A stretch of 64,000 nt of DNA. It comes from Acidimicrobiia bacterium (lineage in GTDB: Bacteria; Actinomycetota; Acidimicrobiia; Spongiisociales; Spongiisociaceae). The DNA is taken from the NCBI GenBank assembly GCA_041576165.1, contig JBFGLM010000008.1, positions 59,091 through 123,090 of the forward strand, given 5' to 3'. Under the pieces are notes generated by a model. It did no database searches, was not told where the DNA came from, and was given only the letters and a program-made list of their open reading frames with translations. Both the position numbers and the translations under genes were made by a program. Shown one piece after another: positions 25,135 to 36,447 of the stretch (positions are counted from its first letter, which is position 1; each line of letters opens with the position of its first letter).

Positions 25135-26193
25135 ATGAACGCAACGCTCATCACCGTTGGACCCAGCCATGAACCGTCCACCGAGGTCGTCATCGGGCGC
25201 GACCTCGTCGACATGGACCCCATAGTCCCGGAGCGGGCCTCCCGGTCCGCAGTAGGCATCCTCTGCCAACCCGGCGTCCCGGAGACGATCGGGCGGACCC
25301 TGATGGATCGTTTTCGCACGACGGGGCTGGCAGCCGACGTTCTGGTGCTACCAGACCGCGACGACGCCAAGACGCTGGCCCAGGTGGACGTCGTCTACGG
25401 GTGGTTGCTCGACAAAGGGATCAGCCGGTTCGACACATTGGTGGCGGTGGGGGGCGGTGCCGCCACCGACGCCGGCGGCTTCATCGCTGCCACCTATTTG
25501 CGAGGAATCGAGTCGGTATATGTGTCGACGACGTTGCTGGGGGCGGTTGATGCATCGATCGGGGGCAAGACGGGCATCAATCACGGTGGCAAGAATCTGG
25601 TGGGCGCGTTCTGGCACCCGCGTCGGGTCGTAATCGACCTCGACGTGCTGGACCGGCTTCCGGAGCATGTCCGACGAGAGGGATTCGCCGAAGCGGTGAA
25701 GACCGGATTCATCGGTGACCCAGAGATCGTCGAACTGTGCGAGAAGGATGGGCTGGCCGCCCGTCTGGATGAGATCGTGCCGAGATCGGTGGCGGTCAAA
25801 GCCGAGATCGTCAGCGAAGACTTCCGGGAGGCCGACCGGCGGGCCTTCCTCAACTATGGCCACACGCTCGGTCATGCGGTGGAGGTCTGCGGTGGCCTAT
25901 CGCACGGGGATGCGGTGGGAATCGGCATGGTCGCGGCCGCAGCTGTGTCGGAGCGCCGGCGGGGTTTCGGCGAGCGCGAGCGGCATGATCGTGTGATAAC
26001 CCAGCTTGGATTGGCGATCCGCGCACCCCAACTCGACCGCGTCGCCATCGACCAGCTGATCAGGCGCGACAAGAAGCGGGACTCCACAGGAATCCGCATG
26101 GTGCTGCTCGAGCGTATCGGTCGACCGGCCCTGCAGGCAGTCGACGCCACGGATGTGGAGCACGGGCTCGAGGCCATCGGCATCAGCAGCTGA
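25135..26193 (+). CDS. aroB: 3-dehydroquinate synthase
   Basis: VGGGAATD, VDASIGGKTG, KNLVGAF, LNYGHTLGHAVE, HGDAV. Confidence 0.95.
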   Translation: MNATLITVGPSHEPSTEVVIGRDLVDMDPIVPERASRSAVGILCQPGVPETIGRTLMDRFRTTGLAADVLVLPDRDDAKTLAQVDVVYGWLLDKGISRFDTLVAVGGGAATDAGGFIAATYLRGIESVYVSTTLLGAVDASIGGKTGINHGGKNLVGAFWHPRRVVIDLDVLDRLPEHVRREGFAEAVKTGFIGDPEIVELCEKDGLAARLDEIVPRSVAVKAEIVSEDFREADRRAFLNYGHTLGHAVEVCGGLSHGDAVGIGMVAAAAVSERRRGFGERERHDRVITQLGLAIRAPQLDRVAIDQLIRRDKKRDSTGIRMVLLERIGRPALQAVDATDVEHGLEAIGISS

Positions 26194-26258
26194 GGTGGAC
26201 GGCGCTGCGAGTCGCCGCGACCGATACACTCCGGATCCGATACGAGCCGCGAGGAAGC

Positions 26259-26816
26259 ATGATCTCCACCAACGATGTCCGGCCGGGAATGGCATTGCAG
26301 CTGCCCGACGGGATCTTCCAGATCGTCGAGTACCAGCATGTCAAGCCGGGCAAAGGCAAGGCGTTCGTGCGGATGAAGCTCAAGAACCTCGAATCCGGTG
26401 CAGTGCTGGACAAGACGTTTCGCGCCGACGAGGACGTGCCTCAGGCCGTCATCGACCGGCGTGAGCACCAATTTCTATACCGGGATGAACTGGGATTTCA
26501 TTTCATGAACACCGATACCTATGCCCAGTTCGCAGTCGATCCACAGGACGTGGGCGAGGCAGCCAGCTACCTGGTCGAAGGCATGTCCGCGATCCTGCCG
26601 TTGTTCGAGGACCGCCCTTTGGGAGTCGAATTGCCCGCCGCGGTCGGGCTGAAAGTGGTGAAAGCCGAGCCGGCCGTCAAAGGTGATCGTGTTTCCGGCG
26701 CGACGAAGCCGGTCGAGGTCGAGACAGGCCTCACCGTGGCCGTGCCTCTCTTCGTCGAGGAGGGCGATGTCATCAAGGTCGACACGCGCTCCGGCGGCTA
26801 CATCACCCGGATGTGA
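26259..26816 (+). CDS. efp: Elongation factor P
   Basis: QHVKPGKG, VKGD, ETGLTVAVPLF, VDTRSGGY. Confidence 0.97.
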   Translation: MISTNDVRPGMALQLPDGIFQIVEYQHVKPGKGKAFVRMKLKNLESGAVLDKTFRADEDVPQAVIDRREHQFLYRDELGFHFMNTDTYAQFAVDPQDVGEAASYLVEGMSAILPLFEDRPLGVELPAAVGLKVVKAEPAVKGDRVSGATKPVEVETGLTVAVPLFVEEGDVIKVDTRSGGYITRM

Positions 26817-27187
26817 GGACGGAGCCGCGCGACCGGGCGCTTCAGGCGCTGTATGAGGTCGACCAGCGCAAGGGAGCCAGGCCCGACGAAGAGCTGTCCG
26901 GCAAAGCTCGCCGCCTGGTCGAGGGCGTTTTGGAACATCAGACCGAACTGGACCGGACGCTGGAGGAGACATCGAACCGCTGGCGGGTCGAGCGAATGCC
27001 GCCGGTCGACCGGGCCATTCTGAGGCTCGGCTTGTTCGAACTGCGCTACGAGCCAGCAACCCCGGTAGCGGTGGTGCTTTCGGAAGCAGTGCGGCTCGCC
27101 AAGACGTACTCGACGGAGAAGAGCGGTGCGTTCGTCAATGGTGTGCTGGGCGCGCTAGCGCCTTCCGAGCGGGGTGATCGCAACTAG
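26813..27187 (+). CDS. nusB: Transcription antitermination factor NusB
   Basis: ALQALYE, WRVERMPPVDRAILR, EAVRLAK, FVNGVL. Confidence 0.95.
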   Translation: MRTEPRDRALQALYEVDQRKGARPDEELSGKARRLVEGVLEHQTELDRTLEETSNRWRVERMPPVDRAILRLGLFELRYEPATPVAVVLSEAVRLAKTYSTEKSGAFVNGVLGALAPSERGDRN

Positions 27188-27226
27188 CCGCGAACGCGGG
27201 GCACTCCGGTGCTATGGTCGTTCGAG

Positions 27227-27258
27227 CCTTTAACGCCGGTCCTGTGAGGCCGGGAAGG
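27227..27258 (+). promoter_or_regulatory. PyrR binding site (pyr leader RNA)
   Basis: CCTTTAA-CG-CCGGTCCTGTGAGGCCGG-GAAGG matches the CUUUAA...RUCCNGNGAGGY PyrR loop; -10 TATGGT at 27213. Confidence 0.85.
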
Positions 27259-27352
27259 AGCACAGCACGATGCAGACACGGCCCCTGCCGGCCACCCGCC
27301 GGCGCCTGGCAACGCCCACCCTGCCTCCGGGCACCATCACACCTGGACCACC

Positions 27353-27889
27353 ATGCCCCAGGTGATGAACGCCGAAGACATGCGGCGGGCGCTCCAGCGC
27401 ATTGCCCACGAGATCACCGAGCAGACGGACGGGGCCCGCGACGTCGTTCTGGTGGGGATCCACACCCGGGGCGTCCCGCTGGCCCGCAGGATCGCCGAAG
27501 CGATTGAGTCGTTTGAAGATCACCGCGTCCCGGTGGGGACACTGGACATCGGCCTGTACCGCGACGACCTCCACCAGCGTCCGGTGACGCCTCTCGCGGA
27601 GACTTCGATTCCGGTCGACATCAACGGATCGGTGGTGGTGCTGGTCGATGACGTGCTCTTCACTGGAAGAACGGTGCGGGCCGCCCTGGACGCCTTGACC
27701 GATCTGGGCCGGCCATCGTTGATCCGCCTCGCCACGCTCATCGACCGCGGCCATCGCCAGCTTCCCATCCGGCCTGACTTCGTCGGCAAGAACCTCCCGA
27801 CCTCATTGAAGGAGCGCGTCGACGTCCTTCTGCGGGAAACCGACGGCGACGAAGGCGTTTGGATCGAACAGAAAGGGGTAGCGGCATGA
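27353..27889 (+). CDS. pyrR: Pyrimidine operon regulator / UPRTase PyrR
   Basis: [48 protein letters not shown]. Confidence 0.97.
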   Translation: MPQVMNAEDMRRALQRIAHEITEQTDGARDVVLVGIHTRGVPLARRIAEAIESFEDHRVPVGTLDIGLYRDDLHQRPVTPLAETSIPVDINGSVVVLVDDVLFTGRTVRAALDALTDLGRPSLIRLATLIDRGHRQLPIRPDFVGKNLPTSLKERVDVLLRETDGDEGVWIEQKGVAA

Positions 27890-28803
27890 GAGACTTCCTC
27901 ACGGTTGAAGGTTTGGAGCGCGGCACACTCGAGCAGCTGCTCAACCAGGCGGACAACTTCGTTTCCGTCTTGCGACGGCCCATCCCCAAGGTGCCGGCGC
28001 TGCGGGGCAAAACGGTGGCGACGCTGTTCTTCGAACCATCTACCCGGACGCGGTTGTCCTTCGAGCGGGCCGCCAAGGCGCTCTCGGCCGACGTCATGAA
28101 CTTCAGCCCGGGCGGTTCGTCGGTATCGAAAGGCGAGTCGCTAAAGGACACGGTGCTGACCCTCAAGGCCATGGGACCCGATCTTATGGTGGTGCGGCAC
28201 AAGGCCACAGGAGCACCGTGGCAGGTGGCCCGATGGACAGGGTTGCCGGTGGTCAACGCCGGCGACGGCGCCCATCAGCATCCCACCCAAGCCATGCTCG
28301 ATGCGCTCACGATCCGCCAGCGGTTCGGGAAGCTCGAAGGTCTCCACATCGGCATCGTCGGAGACATCCGGCACAGTCGGGTGGCGCGGTCCAACGTCTT
28401 CGCACTCTCAACCCTCGGTGCCGAAGTGACACTCATTGCGCCGCGCACCCTGCTACCAGTGCATCTCGACGGCTGGCCGGTCAGCGCCACCGAGAGCCTC
28501 GACGAGGTTCTGCCCGAGCTCGACGTCGTCTACTTGCTGCGCATCCAGGCCGAACGGGGTGGATTGTCGGTGTTTCCGTCTCTGCCGGAATACGTAGCGC
28601 GATATGGCCTGACCCAGGCTCGCTTCGAGGCGCTCCAACCAGATGCAGTGGTCATGCATCCCGGGCCGATGAATCGCGGGGTGGAAATAGCGGACGGGGT
28701 TGCCGATCACGAGCGCTCGCTCATCCTCGACCAGGTACACAACGGGGTGGCAGTGCGCATGGCGATTCTGTTCGGGTTGTTGGGAGGTGAAGTCGATGCA
28801 TGA
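27886..28803 (+). CDS. pyrB: Aspartate carbamoyltransferase
   Basis: [25 protein letters not shown]. Confidence 0.97.
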   Translation: MRDFLTVEGLERGTLEQLLNQADNFVSVLRRPIPKVPALRGKTVATLFFEPSTRTRLSFERAAKALSADVMNFSPGGSSVSKGESLKDTVLTLKAMGPDLMVVRHKATGAPWQVARWTGLPVVNAGDGAHQHPTQAMLDALTIRQRFGKLEGLHIGIVGDIRHSRVARSNVFALSTLGAEVTLIAPRTLLPVHLDGWPVSATESLDEVLPELDVVYLLRIQAERGGLSVFPSLPEYVARYGLTQARFEALQPDAVVMHPGPMNRGVEIADGVADHERSLILDQVHNGVAVRMAILFGLLGGEVDA

Positions 28804-30070
28804 GTATCTCCTCGAAGGGGGGACGGTGGTGACCGCAGATGCGGTCACCACCGCCGACGTCCTCATCTCAGAAGGCCGGATCGCACAGATCGGCACCGAC
28901 CTCTTGGTGCAAACGGCCGAACGCGTCGATTGCACCGGGACGTATATAGGGCCGGGCCTGGTCGACATGCATGTGCACATGCGAGAACCCGGGCAAGAGT
29001 GGAAAGAAGATATCGCCTCGGGGGCGGCGGCGGGCGCTGCTGGTGGTTTCACAGCGGTCGTGGCGATGCCCAATTCGTCCCCACCGATCGATGCGGGGCA
29101 TCTCGCCCGTTATGTCGCTGATCGGGGACGGCAGGTTGGCCTCCTCGAGGTGGTCCCGGCCGGTTGCATCACAGCGGCGATGGAGGGTGAGCGGCTGGCG
29201 CATCTCGACGAGCTGGCTGCGGCCGGCGTGCAGGTCTTCACAGATGACGGACACACGGTGGCCGACGCCGGGTTGCTCCGCCGGGCCATGGAGTACGTGG
29301 CCGAACGTGGAGCCCTGATCGCGCAGCACGCCGAGGACCCGGGTCTCGCCCGAGGTGGCCACATGCACGAGGGTGCGGTGTCGTCGCTGCTCGGTATGTC
29401 CGGCCTGCCGGTTGAGGCGGAGACCGTGGTCGTGGCCCGCGACCTTGCGCTCGTGCGTCTCACGGGTGCCAGGTATCACGTACAGCATGTCAGCTCCGCA
29501 GCCACCGTCGCCCTCGTCCGTGCGGCCAAAGCGGAAGGTCTGCCGGTGACCGCTGAGGTGGCGCCGCATCATCTGTGGTTCTCGGATGAGGCGGTCAGAT
29601 CGATGGACTCTGTCTATAAGATGTATCCACCGTTGCGGGAGCTAGAAGACGTAGAGGCATTGCGTGAAGCGCTCGCCGACGGCACCATCGACGCGGTCGC
29701 CACCGACCATGCCCCGCACGCTGCACATGAAAAGGATGTGCCGTTCGAGGCGGCACCCCGGGGTGTGATCGGGCTCGAAACTGCAGTAGGCGTTGTCGCA
29801 ATGTCCTGTCAGTTGCAGCCGGTTGGGCTGTTCGAGCGGTTGTCGGTTGCCCCGGCCAGGATCGCCGGATTGGAGAATCAGGGCTGCTGGCCCGAGGTGG
29901 GCGGCGTCGCCAATCTGGCGGTGATCGATCTGGAGACGCCCTGGACAGTTGATGGCTTCCAGTCCAAATCGACCAACAGCCCGTTCCGATCGCTCGAGCT
30001 GAAGGGCCGGGCTCGATACACCTTTTTCGAAGGCCGGATGACCTGGCGCGACGGAAAGAGCGAGCTGTGA
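28796..30070 (+). CDS. pyrC: Dihydroorotase
   Basis: DMHVHMREPG, AAGGFT, MPN, ATDHAPH. Confidence 0.95.
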   Translation: MHEYLLEGGTVVTADAVTTADVLISEGRIAQIGTDLLVQTAERVDCTGTYIGPGLVDMHVHMREPGQEWKEDIASGAAAGAAGGFTAVVAMPNSSPPIDAGHLARYVADRGRQVGLLEVVPAGCITAAMEGERLAHLDELAAAGVQVFTDDGHTVADAGLLRRAMEYVAERGALIAQHAEDPGLARGGHMHEGAVSSLLGMSGLPVEAETVVVARDLALVRLTGARYHVQHVSSAATVALVRAAKAEGLPVTAEVAPHHLWFSDEAVRSMDSVYKMYPPLRELEDVEALREALADGTIDAVATDHAPHAAHEKDVPFEAAPRGVIGLETAVGVVAMSCQLQPVGLFERLSVAPARIAGLENQGCWPEVGGVANLAVIDLETPWTVDGFQSKSTNSPFRSLELKGRARYTFFEGRMTWRDGKSEL

Positions 30071-31224
30071 AGCCGGCGGTTCTCGTGACCGCCGACGGCG
30101 CAGAGTTTCGGGGCCGCAGCGTGGGAGCAGACGGTGCCCGGGTCGGCGAGGTTGTTTTCAACACCAGCATGACCGGCTACCTGGAGGTGCTCACCGATCC
30201 GTCGTACGCCGGGCAGGTCGTGGTGATGACAATGCCCCATATCGGCAACTACGGGGTCGCCGAATCCGACGCTCAGGCCGGGCAGCCGGTGGCCAGAGGC
30301 CTGATCGTGCGCGCGCTCTCGCGTCGCGACTCGAACTGGCGCTCCGAAGGAACCCTCGCCCGCTATCTCGATGCCCATGATGTGGTTGCTATAGCCGACG
30401 TCGACACCCGGCGGCTCACCCGCCACATCCGGGATCACGGCGCGATGCCGGTGGCGATCGGTGTTGACGTCGACTCCGCTGAACTGCAGCGGATGGCGGC
30501 CGGGGCTCCCGGCATGAGCGGCCAGGACCTCGCTTCGACGGTGACGACCACCGAGCCTTACATCGTACGCCCTGCCGGCGACCCGATCGGGCGGGTGGTG
30601 GCGCTCGATCTGGGCATGAAGCGCGATATCGCCGCCCAGCTGACCGCCCGCCGCCTCGAGGTGCATGTCGTTCCGGCGGGAACCGGTGCAGACGACATCG
30701 GTGCCCGTCAACCCGCCGGGGTGTTCGTGTCCAACGGACCGGGTGACCCCGAGCCTCTCACCACGCCGGTCGAAACGCTTCGAGCGTTGCTGGGCGAAGT
30801 GCCGATTTTCGGAATCTGTCTCGGTCATCAGGTGCTCGGCCTGGCGCTGGGGGCGTCGACCTACAAGCTGCCGTTCGGCCATCACGGGGGAAATCACCCG
30901 GTGCGCCGGCTGGGCGACGGGCGGGTGGCGATCACGTCCCAAAACCACGGCTTTGCCGTCGACCTGTGGTCTCTGGCCGACGGTGCTCCGCCGGAGCGGC
31001 GGGGCGTTCCGACACCCGATCTGCTGCCCGAGTCCGTACCGACCAGCTCGGGTCGGGCGGTGCCCACGCACCAAAACCTCAACGACGGAACGCTCGAAGG
31101 TCTCCGCTGTCTGGACGTGCCGGCATTCTCCGTGCAGTACCACCCCGAGGCCGCACCGGGCCCGAGAGACGCCGTCGGCCTGTTCGATGAGTTCCTGAAA
31201 CTCATGGGGTTGGGCAGCGGCTGA
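30067..31224 (+). CDS. carA: Carbamoyl-phosphate synthase small chain
   Basis: [32 protein letters not shown]. Confidence 0.97.
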   Translation: MKPAVLVTADGAEFRGRSVGADGARVGEVVFNTSMTGYLEVLTDPSYAGQVVVMTMPHIGNYGVAESDAQAGQPVARGLIVRALSRRDSNWRSEGTLARYLDAHDVVAIADVDTRRLTRHIRDHGAMPVAIGVDVDSAELQRMAAGAPGMSGQDLASTVTTTEPYIVRPAGDPIGRVVALDLGMKRDIAAQLTARRLEVHVVPAGTGADDIGARQPAGVFVSNGPGDPEPLTTPVETLRALLGEVPIFGICLGHQVLGLALGASTYKLPFGHHGGNHPVRRLGDGRVAITSQNHGFAVDLWSLADGAPPERRGVPTPDLLPESVPTSSGRAVPTHQNLNDGTLEGLRCLDVPAFSVQYHPEAAPGPRDAVGLFDEFLKLMGLGSG

Positions 31225-34200
31225 TGCCCAAGCGAACCGACATCGAAACAATCCTGCTCATCGGCTCGGGTCCGATCATCATCGGCCAAGCCGCGGAGTT
31301 CGACTACTCCGGCTGTCAGGCCGCGAAGGTACTGCGGACCCAGGGGTACCGGGTCGTACTGGTGAATTCGAATCCGGCCACGATCATGACCGATCCTGAA
31401 TACGCCGACGCCACCTACCTCGAACCCATTACGGCGGAAATGGTCGAACGCATCATCGAACGCGAGCGGCCCGACGCCCTCCTCCCCACCCTTGGAGGTC
31501 AGACTGCGCTGAATGTCACCAGCGACCTGGCCCGCGGCGGCGGCCTCGACCGCCTTGGGGTGGAGCTGATTGGCGCCGGGATCGATGCGATCGAGGCGGC
31601 AGAGGACCGCGGAAGGTTCAAGGAGGTCATGGAGGCAGCCGGGTTGGCGGTCCCGAGAGCGACCTACGCCCGTTCAATGACCGAGGCGATGCGGGCTGTG
31701 GCCGAGATCGGTTACCCGGTCATGATCCGACCGTCCTACATCCTCGGCGGCGGCGGCACCGGTATCGCTCGCACCGAAGCGGAGTTCATCGAAGCGGCCC
31801 GCCATGGCCTGCAAACGTCTCCGGTCGGAGAGATCCTTGTCGAGGAGTCCGTCTACGGGTGGAAAGAGTTCGAGCTCGAAGTCATGCGGGATGGCAAGGA
31901 CAACGCAGTGATCGTGTGCTCGATCGAGAACCTAGACGCGATGGGTGTGCACACGGGCGACTCGATCACCGTTGCTCCGGTGCAGACGCTGTCGGATCGG
32001 GAATACCAGGATATGCGCGACGACGCCATCCAAGTGTTGCGAGCCATCGGGGTCGAGACTGGTGGATCCAATGTGCAGTTCGCGGTCGATCCCGCGACCG
32101 GGCGGCGGCTGGTGATCGAAATGAATCCGCGGGTATCGCGCAGCTCAGCCCTGGCTTCGAAAGCCACTGGGTTTCCGATCGCCAAGATCGCCGCACTGCT
32201 CGCCGTCGGCTACACCCTCGATGAGATAGCCAACGACATCACGGGCGCCACTCCCGCCTCGTTCGAGCCGGCATTGGATTACGTCGTTGTGAAGGCGCCG
32301 CGGTTCGATTTCGCCAAATTTCCGGCAGCCCCCGATGAGCTGAGCACGTCCATGCGGTCCGTGGGTGAGGTGATGTCGATTGGCCGCACGTTCCCCGAGG
32401 CGCTGCAGAAGGCGCTGCGCAGCCTCGAGACGGGTCACGCCGGCCTCAACGCAACGGGCAAGGAATGGGCGCTGCGCTGCCTGGACGACGATCAGCTGCA
32501 GCGTCGGTGTGCCCGGCCATCGTCGCAGAGGATCTTCGCCGTCGGCGAAGCGTTGCGGCGCGGATGGTCGGTCGAGTCGCTGGCCGAGTCCACGTCAATC
32601 GACCCCTGGTTCCTCGATCAGATGGCCGAAATCGTCGAGCTGCGTTGCGAACTGGAACAGAGCCCGGGGCCGGATGTCGATCTCGTCCGGGCGGCAAAGC
32701 GTATGGGCTTCTCTGATGCCCAACTCGCCCACATTTGGAACCAGGATGCCGACCAGATCCGGTCGCTGCGCAAAGGCGCCCGAATGGAGACCACCTACAA
32801 GCGGGTTGACACCTGCGCAGCCGAGTTCGAAGCGGTTACCCCATACTTCTACTCCAGCTATGAAGACGAGTCCGAGGTGGAGCCGGCCACCCGCCCCACA
32901 GTCGTCGTGCTGGGCTCGGGGCCCAATCGAATCGGTCAAGGTATCGAGTTCGATTACTGCTGTGTTCACGCTTCATTTGCGCTGAAAGAAGCCGGCTATG
33001 AGACCGTGATGGTGAACTGCAATCCCGAGACGGTTTCCACGGACTACGACACGTCAGATCGGCTCTACTTCGAGCCGTTGACGGTCGAGGATGTGCTCGC
33101 TATCTGTGAGGCGGAAGAGCCCCTCGGAGTGATCGTCCAGCTAGGCGGGCAAACCCCCCTCAACCTGGCCCGGGCGCTGGAGCAGCGGGGAGTCCCCATC
33201 GCCGGGACACCTCCGGACTCGATCGACATGGCCGAAGATCGAGAGCGGTTCTCCGCGCTCTGTCGGGAGTTGGGGATCAAACAGCCGCCGCATGGCATAG
33301 CCCGCACTGCCCTCGAGGCCGAGGAGATCGTTGACGGCATCGGACTGCCGGTGCTGGTCCGGCCCTCATATGTCCTCGGGGGCAGAGCGATGCGAGTCGT
33401 CTACTCCTACGATGACCTCAGCGAGTATCTGAAAGAGGTCTACGGCTCCGCCGACGGGGAAGGGCTCGACATCTCTGAGGCCCCGTTGTTGGTTGACCGC
33501 TTCCTCGAGGCTGCTACCGAAATCGACGTGGACGCGGTCTACGACGGCCGCGAGTTGCTGGTCGGCGGCATCATGGAACATGTGGAAGAGGCCGGGGTCC
33601 ATTCGGGCGACTCGGCGTGTGTGACGCCTCCCCCCACCATCACCGAGGAAGCGCATAAACGCATCCTGCGGGCGTCTGAAGATCTCGCAGCGGCTCTCGG
33701 CGTACGCGGCCTGATCAACATCCAGTTTGCAGTGAGAGGTGACGAGGTATTCGTGCTCGAGGCGAATCCGCGGGGGTCGCGGACGGTGCCCTTCATCTCG
33801 AAGGCCTCCGGCGTGCCGCTCGCCAAGATCGCGGCCCGGGTGATGCTCGGGTCGACGGTGGAGTGTTTGCGGCAGGAGGCCATCGTGCCGGCCGAAATGA
33901 CCGACGACTTCGTGTCGGTGAAAGATGCGGTGCTTCCCTGGGATCGCTTCCCCGAAGAGGACACCGTGCTGGGACCCGAGATGAGAGCGACCGGCGAGGT
34001 GATGGGCATTGGACGCGACGTCGGGACCGCGTTCGCGAAGGCGTTGCTGGCGGCCGGACACACCATCCCGCAATCGGGCACGGTCTTCCTGTCGCTGGCG
34101 GACCGGGACAAGGCCTTGGGGCTGGCGGTGGCGCAGGCGTTCACGATGTTGGGATTCCGGCTGCTGGCAACGGCAGGCACGGCCCGGTATCTGGAGCACC

Positions 34201-34472
34201 ATGGCATACCGTCCGACGTCGTCGCCAAGGTCGGAGAGGGGGACCGCGACACGGTTCAGCGGATCGAAGCGGGAGAGGTCGATATGGTCGTCAACACGCC
34301 GCGCGGGCGGCGGGCCCGCGGCGACGGCCGGCTCATCCGCCACGCCTCCATGCGCCGGGGCATTCCGTGTGTAACAACCATCCAGGGTGCGCTCGCGATT
34401 GCTCGCAGTCTGCGCACCGGCCGGATGGCGGTGCTGAACGTGCGCAGCCTGCAGGACTGGCATGGTGACTGA
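31224..34472 (+). CDS. carB: Carbamoyl-phosphate synthase large chain
   Basis: [44 protein letters not shown] domain. Confidence 0.98.
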   Translation: MPKRTDIETILLIGSGPIIIGQAAEFDYSGCQAAKVLRTQGYRVVLVNSNPATIMTDPEYADATYLEPITAEMVERIIERERPDALLPTLGGQTALNVTSDLARGGGLDRLGVELIGAGIDAIEAAEDRGRFKEVMEAAGLAVPRATYARSMTEAMRAVAEIGYPVMIRPSYILGGGGTGIARTEAEFIEAARHGLQTSPVGEILVEESVYGWKEFELEVMRDGKDNAVIVCSIENLDAMGVHTGDSITVAPVQTLSDREYQDMRDDAIQVLRAIGVETGGSNVQFAVDPATGRRLVIEMNPRVSRSSALASKATGFPIAKIAALLAVGYTLDEIANDITGATPASFEPALDYVVVKAPRFDFAKFPAAPDELSTSMRSVGEVMSIGRTFPEALQKALRSLETGHAGLNATGKEWALRCLDDDQLQRRCARPSSQRIFAVGEALRRGWSVESLAESTSIDPWFLDQMAEIVELRCELEQSPGPDVDLVRAAKRMGFSDAQLAHIWNQDADQIRSLRKGARMETTYKRVDTCAAEFEAVTPYFYSSYEDESEVEPATRPTVVVLGSGPNRIGQGIEFDYCCVHASFALKEAGYETVMVNCNPETVSTDYDTSDRLYFEPLTVEDVLAICEAEEPLGVIVQLGGQTPLNLARALEQRGVPIAGTPPDSIDMAEDRERFSALCRELGIKQPPHGIARTALEAEEIVDGIGLPVLVRPSYVLGGRAMRVVYSYDDLSEYLKEVYGSADGEGLDISEAPLLVDRFLEAATEIDVDAVYDGRELLVGGIMEHVEEAGVHSGDSACVTPPPTITEEAHKRILRASEDLAAALGVRGLINIQFAVRGDEVFVLEANPRGSRTVPFISKASGVPLAKIAARVMLGSTVECLRQEAIVPAEMTDDFVSVKDAVLPWDRFPEEDTVLGPEMRATGEVMGIGRDVGTAFAKALLAAGHTIPQSGTVFLSLADRDKALGLAVAQAFTMLGFRLLATAGTARYLEHHGIPSDVVAKVGEGDRDTVQRIEAGEVDMVVNTPRGRRARGDGRLIRHASMRRGIPCVTTIQGALAIARSLRTGRMAVLNVRSLQDWHGD

Positions 34473-35376
34473 CCTGCAAGTCCGCTTGGGGCCGATCACG
34501 CTTTCGTCTCCACTGGTGGCCGCGTCCGGGACGGTTGGCAGCGTTGACGATTTCGCAGCAGTAGGAGTGCTGGAGGCCTACGGGGCTGCCGTCGCCAAGT
34601 CAGTGGCACCGGTGCCCTGGCGGGGTCGTCCCCCACCCCGGCTCGGTCCGGCCGGGACCGGCATGCTCAACGGAATCGGCATCCAGAATCCCGGGATCGA
34701 AGGGTGGATCGAGGCGCATGCGCATGCAATTGGGGACCTGGGCGTGCCGGTGTGGGGTTCCGCGGTGGGCGGCACCCCGGAGGAGTTCGCGCTGGTGGCA
34801 AAGGGGCTGGCGGGAGCCGGCGTACGGGCCGTGGAAGTGAACCTGTCATGCCCCAACCTCGAAGGCGAGGGGATCTTCGCCCTCGACCGGACGGCTTCGG
34901 CGGCCGTCGTCCAAGCGGTTCGCCGGGCGGTTGATCTCCCCGTCGGCGCCAAGCTGTCGCCCAATGCGACCGATATCGCCGATGTGGCTGGGGCTGTGGC
35001 CGACGCGGGCGCAGACTGGGTGGTGTTGACGAATACGGCACTAGGCGCGGCAATCGACGTCGAGACGCGCCGACCGGTCCTCTCCGGCACCGTCGGCGGC
35101 TACTCGGGTCCACCCCTGAAACCGCTGGCGCTGCGTTGCGTCGTCGAGGTCCACGCGGCGCGTCCGGAGATCCCGATCGTCGGCTGCGGCGGGGTGACAT
35201 CGGGCACCGACGTGGTTGAGTACCTGCTCGCGGGAGCGTCGGCCGTGGCGCTCGGCACCGTTCATTTCGCCGAACCGCGGGCCGGACGCCGCATCCGGCG
35301 GGAGCTGATTCGGTGGATGCAGCGGCATGACGTAGCGGCTGTGAGTGATCTGATCGGAGCCATGGAACGTTGGTGA
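34462..35376 (+). CDS. pyrD: Dihydroorotate dehydrogenase (family 1)
   Basis: [31 protein letters not shown]. Confidence 0.93.
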   Translation: MVTDLQVRLGPITLSSPLVAASGTVGSVDDFAAVGVLEAYGAAVAKSVAPVPWRGRPPPRLGPAGTGMLNGIGIQNPGIEGWIEAHAHAIGDLGVPVWGSAVGGTPEEFALVAKGLAGAGVRAVEVNLSCPNLEGEGIFALDRTASAAVVQAVRRAVDLPVGAKLSPNATDIADVAGAVADAGADWVVLTNTALGAAIDVETRRPVLSGTVGGYSGPPLKPLALRCVVEVHAARPEIPIVGCGGVTSGTDVVEYLLAGASAVALGTVHFAEPRAGRRIRRELIRWMQRHDVAAVSDLIGAMERW

Positions 35377-36077
35377 CGGACGCGTCGAACCCCATTCTGG
35401 TCGCGCTTGACGTCGACTCAGCCGAGCGGGCCGTCCGCATCGGCCAGGAATTGGCGGCGGTGGTGGGGGGTTTCAAAGTCGGGCTGGAGCTCTTGATGGG
35501 TCCGGGACCGGCCCTGGTGGCCCCATTGCGGGATCTGGGACTCCCGGTCTTCGTCGATGCCAAGCTGCATGACATTCCGACCACGGTTCAGCGGGCGGCG
35601 CGCCAGATCGGACGGTGGGGAGCGAGGTGGCTGACGGTACATGCCGCCGGCGGCAGCGCCATGCTGGAGGCAGCGATAGAGGGGCTCGAGCTGGGCGCCG
35701 GCTCCAGACCGGCCGGGGTATTGGCCGTCACCGTGCTGACCAGCCTGGACGATGCGGAGCTCGCCAGGACCGGGGTTCCTCTGACCACCGGGAAGCTGGT
35801 GGCCCGCCGAGCGAGAATGGCCGACGCCGCCGGCTGCGAAGGCGTCATTTGCAGCGTGCGAGAGCTGGGAGTCGTCAGCGACGTGGCGCCGACTCTGCTC
35901 AAGGTCACTCCCGGTATCCGCCCGGAGGGAGCCGAATCGCACGATCAGGCTCGGGTGGCCCGACCCGAGGAGGCAATCGAGCGAGGGGCCGACTATCTGG
36001 TCATCGGGCGCACCATCACCCAGGCGGCGGATCCCGTTGCGGCGGCACGAACGATCCTCACGGCGCTCGAATCGTAG
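35373..36077 (+). CDS. pyrF: Orotidine-5'-phosphate decarboxylase
   Basis: ILVALD, DAKLHDIPTT, VTVLTS, TPGIRP. Confidence 0.96.
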   Translation: MTDASNPILVALDVDSAERAVRIGQELAAVVGGFKVGLELLMGPGPALVAPLRDLGLPVFVDAKLHDIPTTVQRAARQIGRWGARWLTVHAAGGSAMLEAAIEGLELGAGSRPAGVLAVTVLTSLDDAELARTGVPLTTGKLVARRARMADAAGCEGVICSVRELGVVSDVAPTLLKVTPGIRPEGAESHDQARVARPEEAIERGADYLVIGRTITQAADPVAAARTILTALES

Positions 36078-36135
36078 GTTGGGCCTGTCCGATTGTTAGA
36101 GTTGCTTGCGCCGCCGCGGATAGGAGTGGACTCTG

Positions 36136-36447
36136 ATGGCGCCTCCGAAACTCTCTGAGGAACAGCGCGCTGCAGCACTTGCGAAAGCAGCCGAAGCGCG
36201 CCGGGTGCGGGCCGAGATCAAGGAGTTGCTGAAGACCGGAACTGTTCGTTTCTCCGAGCTGCTGGACCGGGCAGCAGACGATGACCTGGTCGCCGGCATG
36301 AAGGTGAACACCGTGTTGTCATCTATGCCGGGCACCGGCAAGATCAAAGCCAAGCGGATGATGGAAGCGATGGGCATCGCCGACAACCGCCGGATTCGAG
36401 GTCTCGGTGAACGCCAGCGGGCCGCCCTGCTCGAAGAGTTCTCCTGA
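36136..36447 (+). CDS. mihF: Actinobacterial integration host factor mIHF
   Basis: EQRAAALAKAAEARRVRAE...RRIRGLGERQ; conserved position between pyrF and gmk. Confidence 0.95.
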   Translation: MAPPKLSEEQRAAALAKAAEARRVRAEIKELLKTGTVRFSELLDRAADDDLVAGMKVNTVLSSMPGTGKIKAKRMMEAMGIADNRRIRGLGERQRAALLEEFS

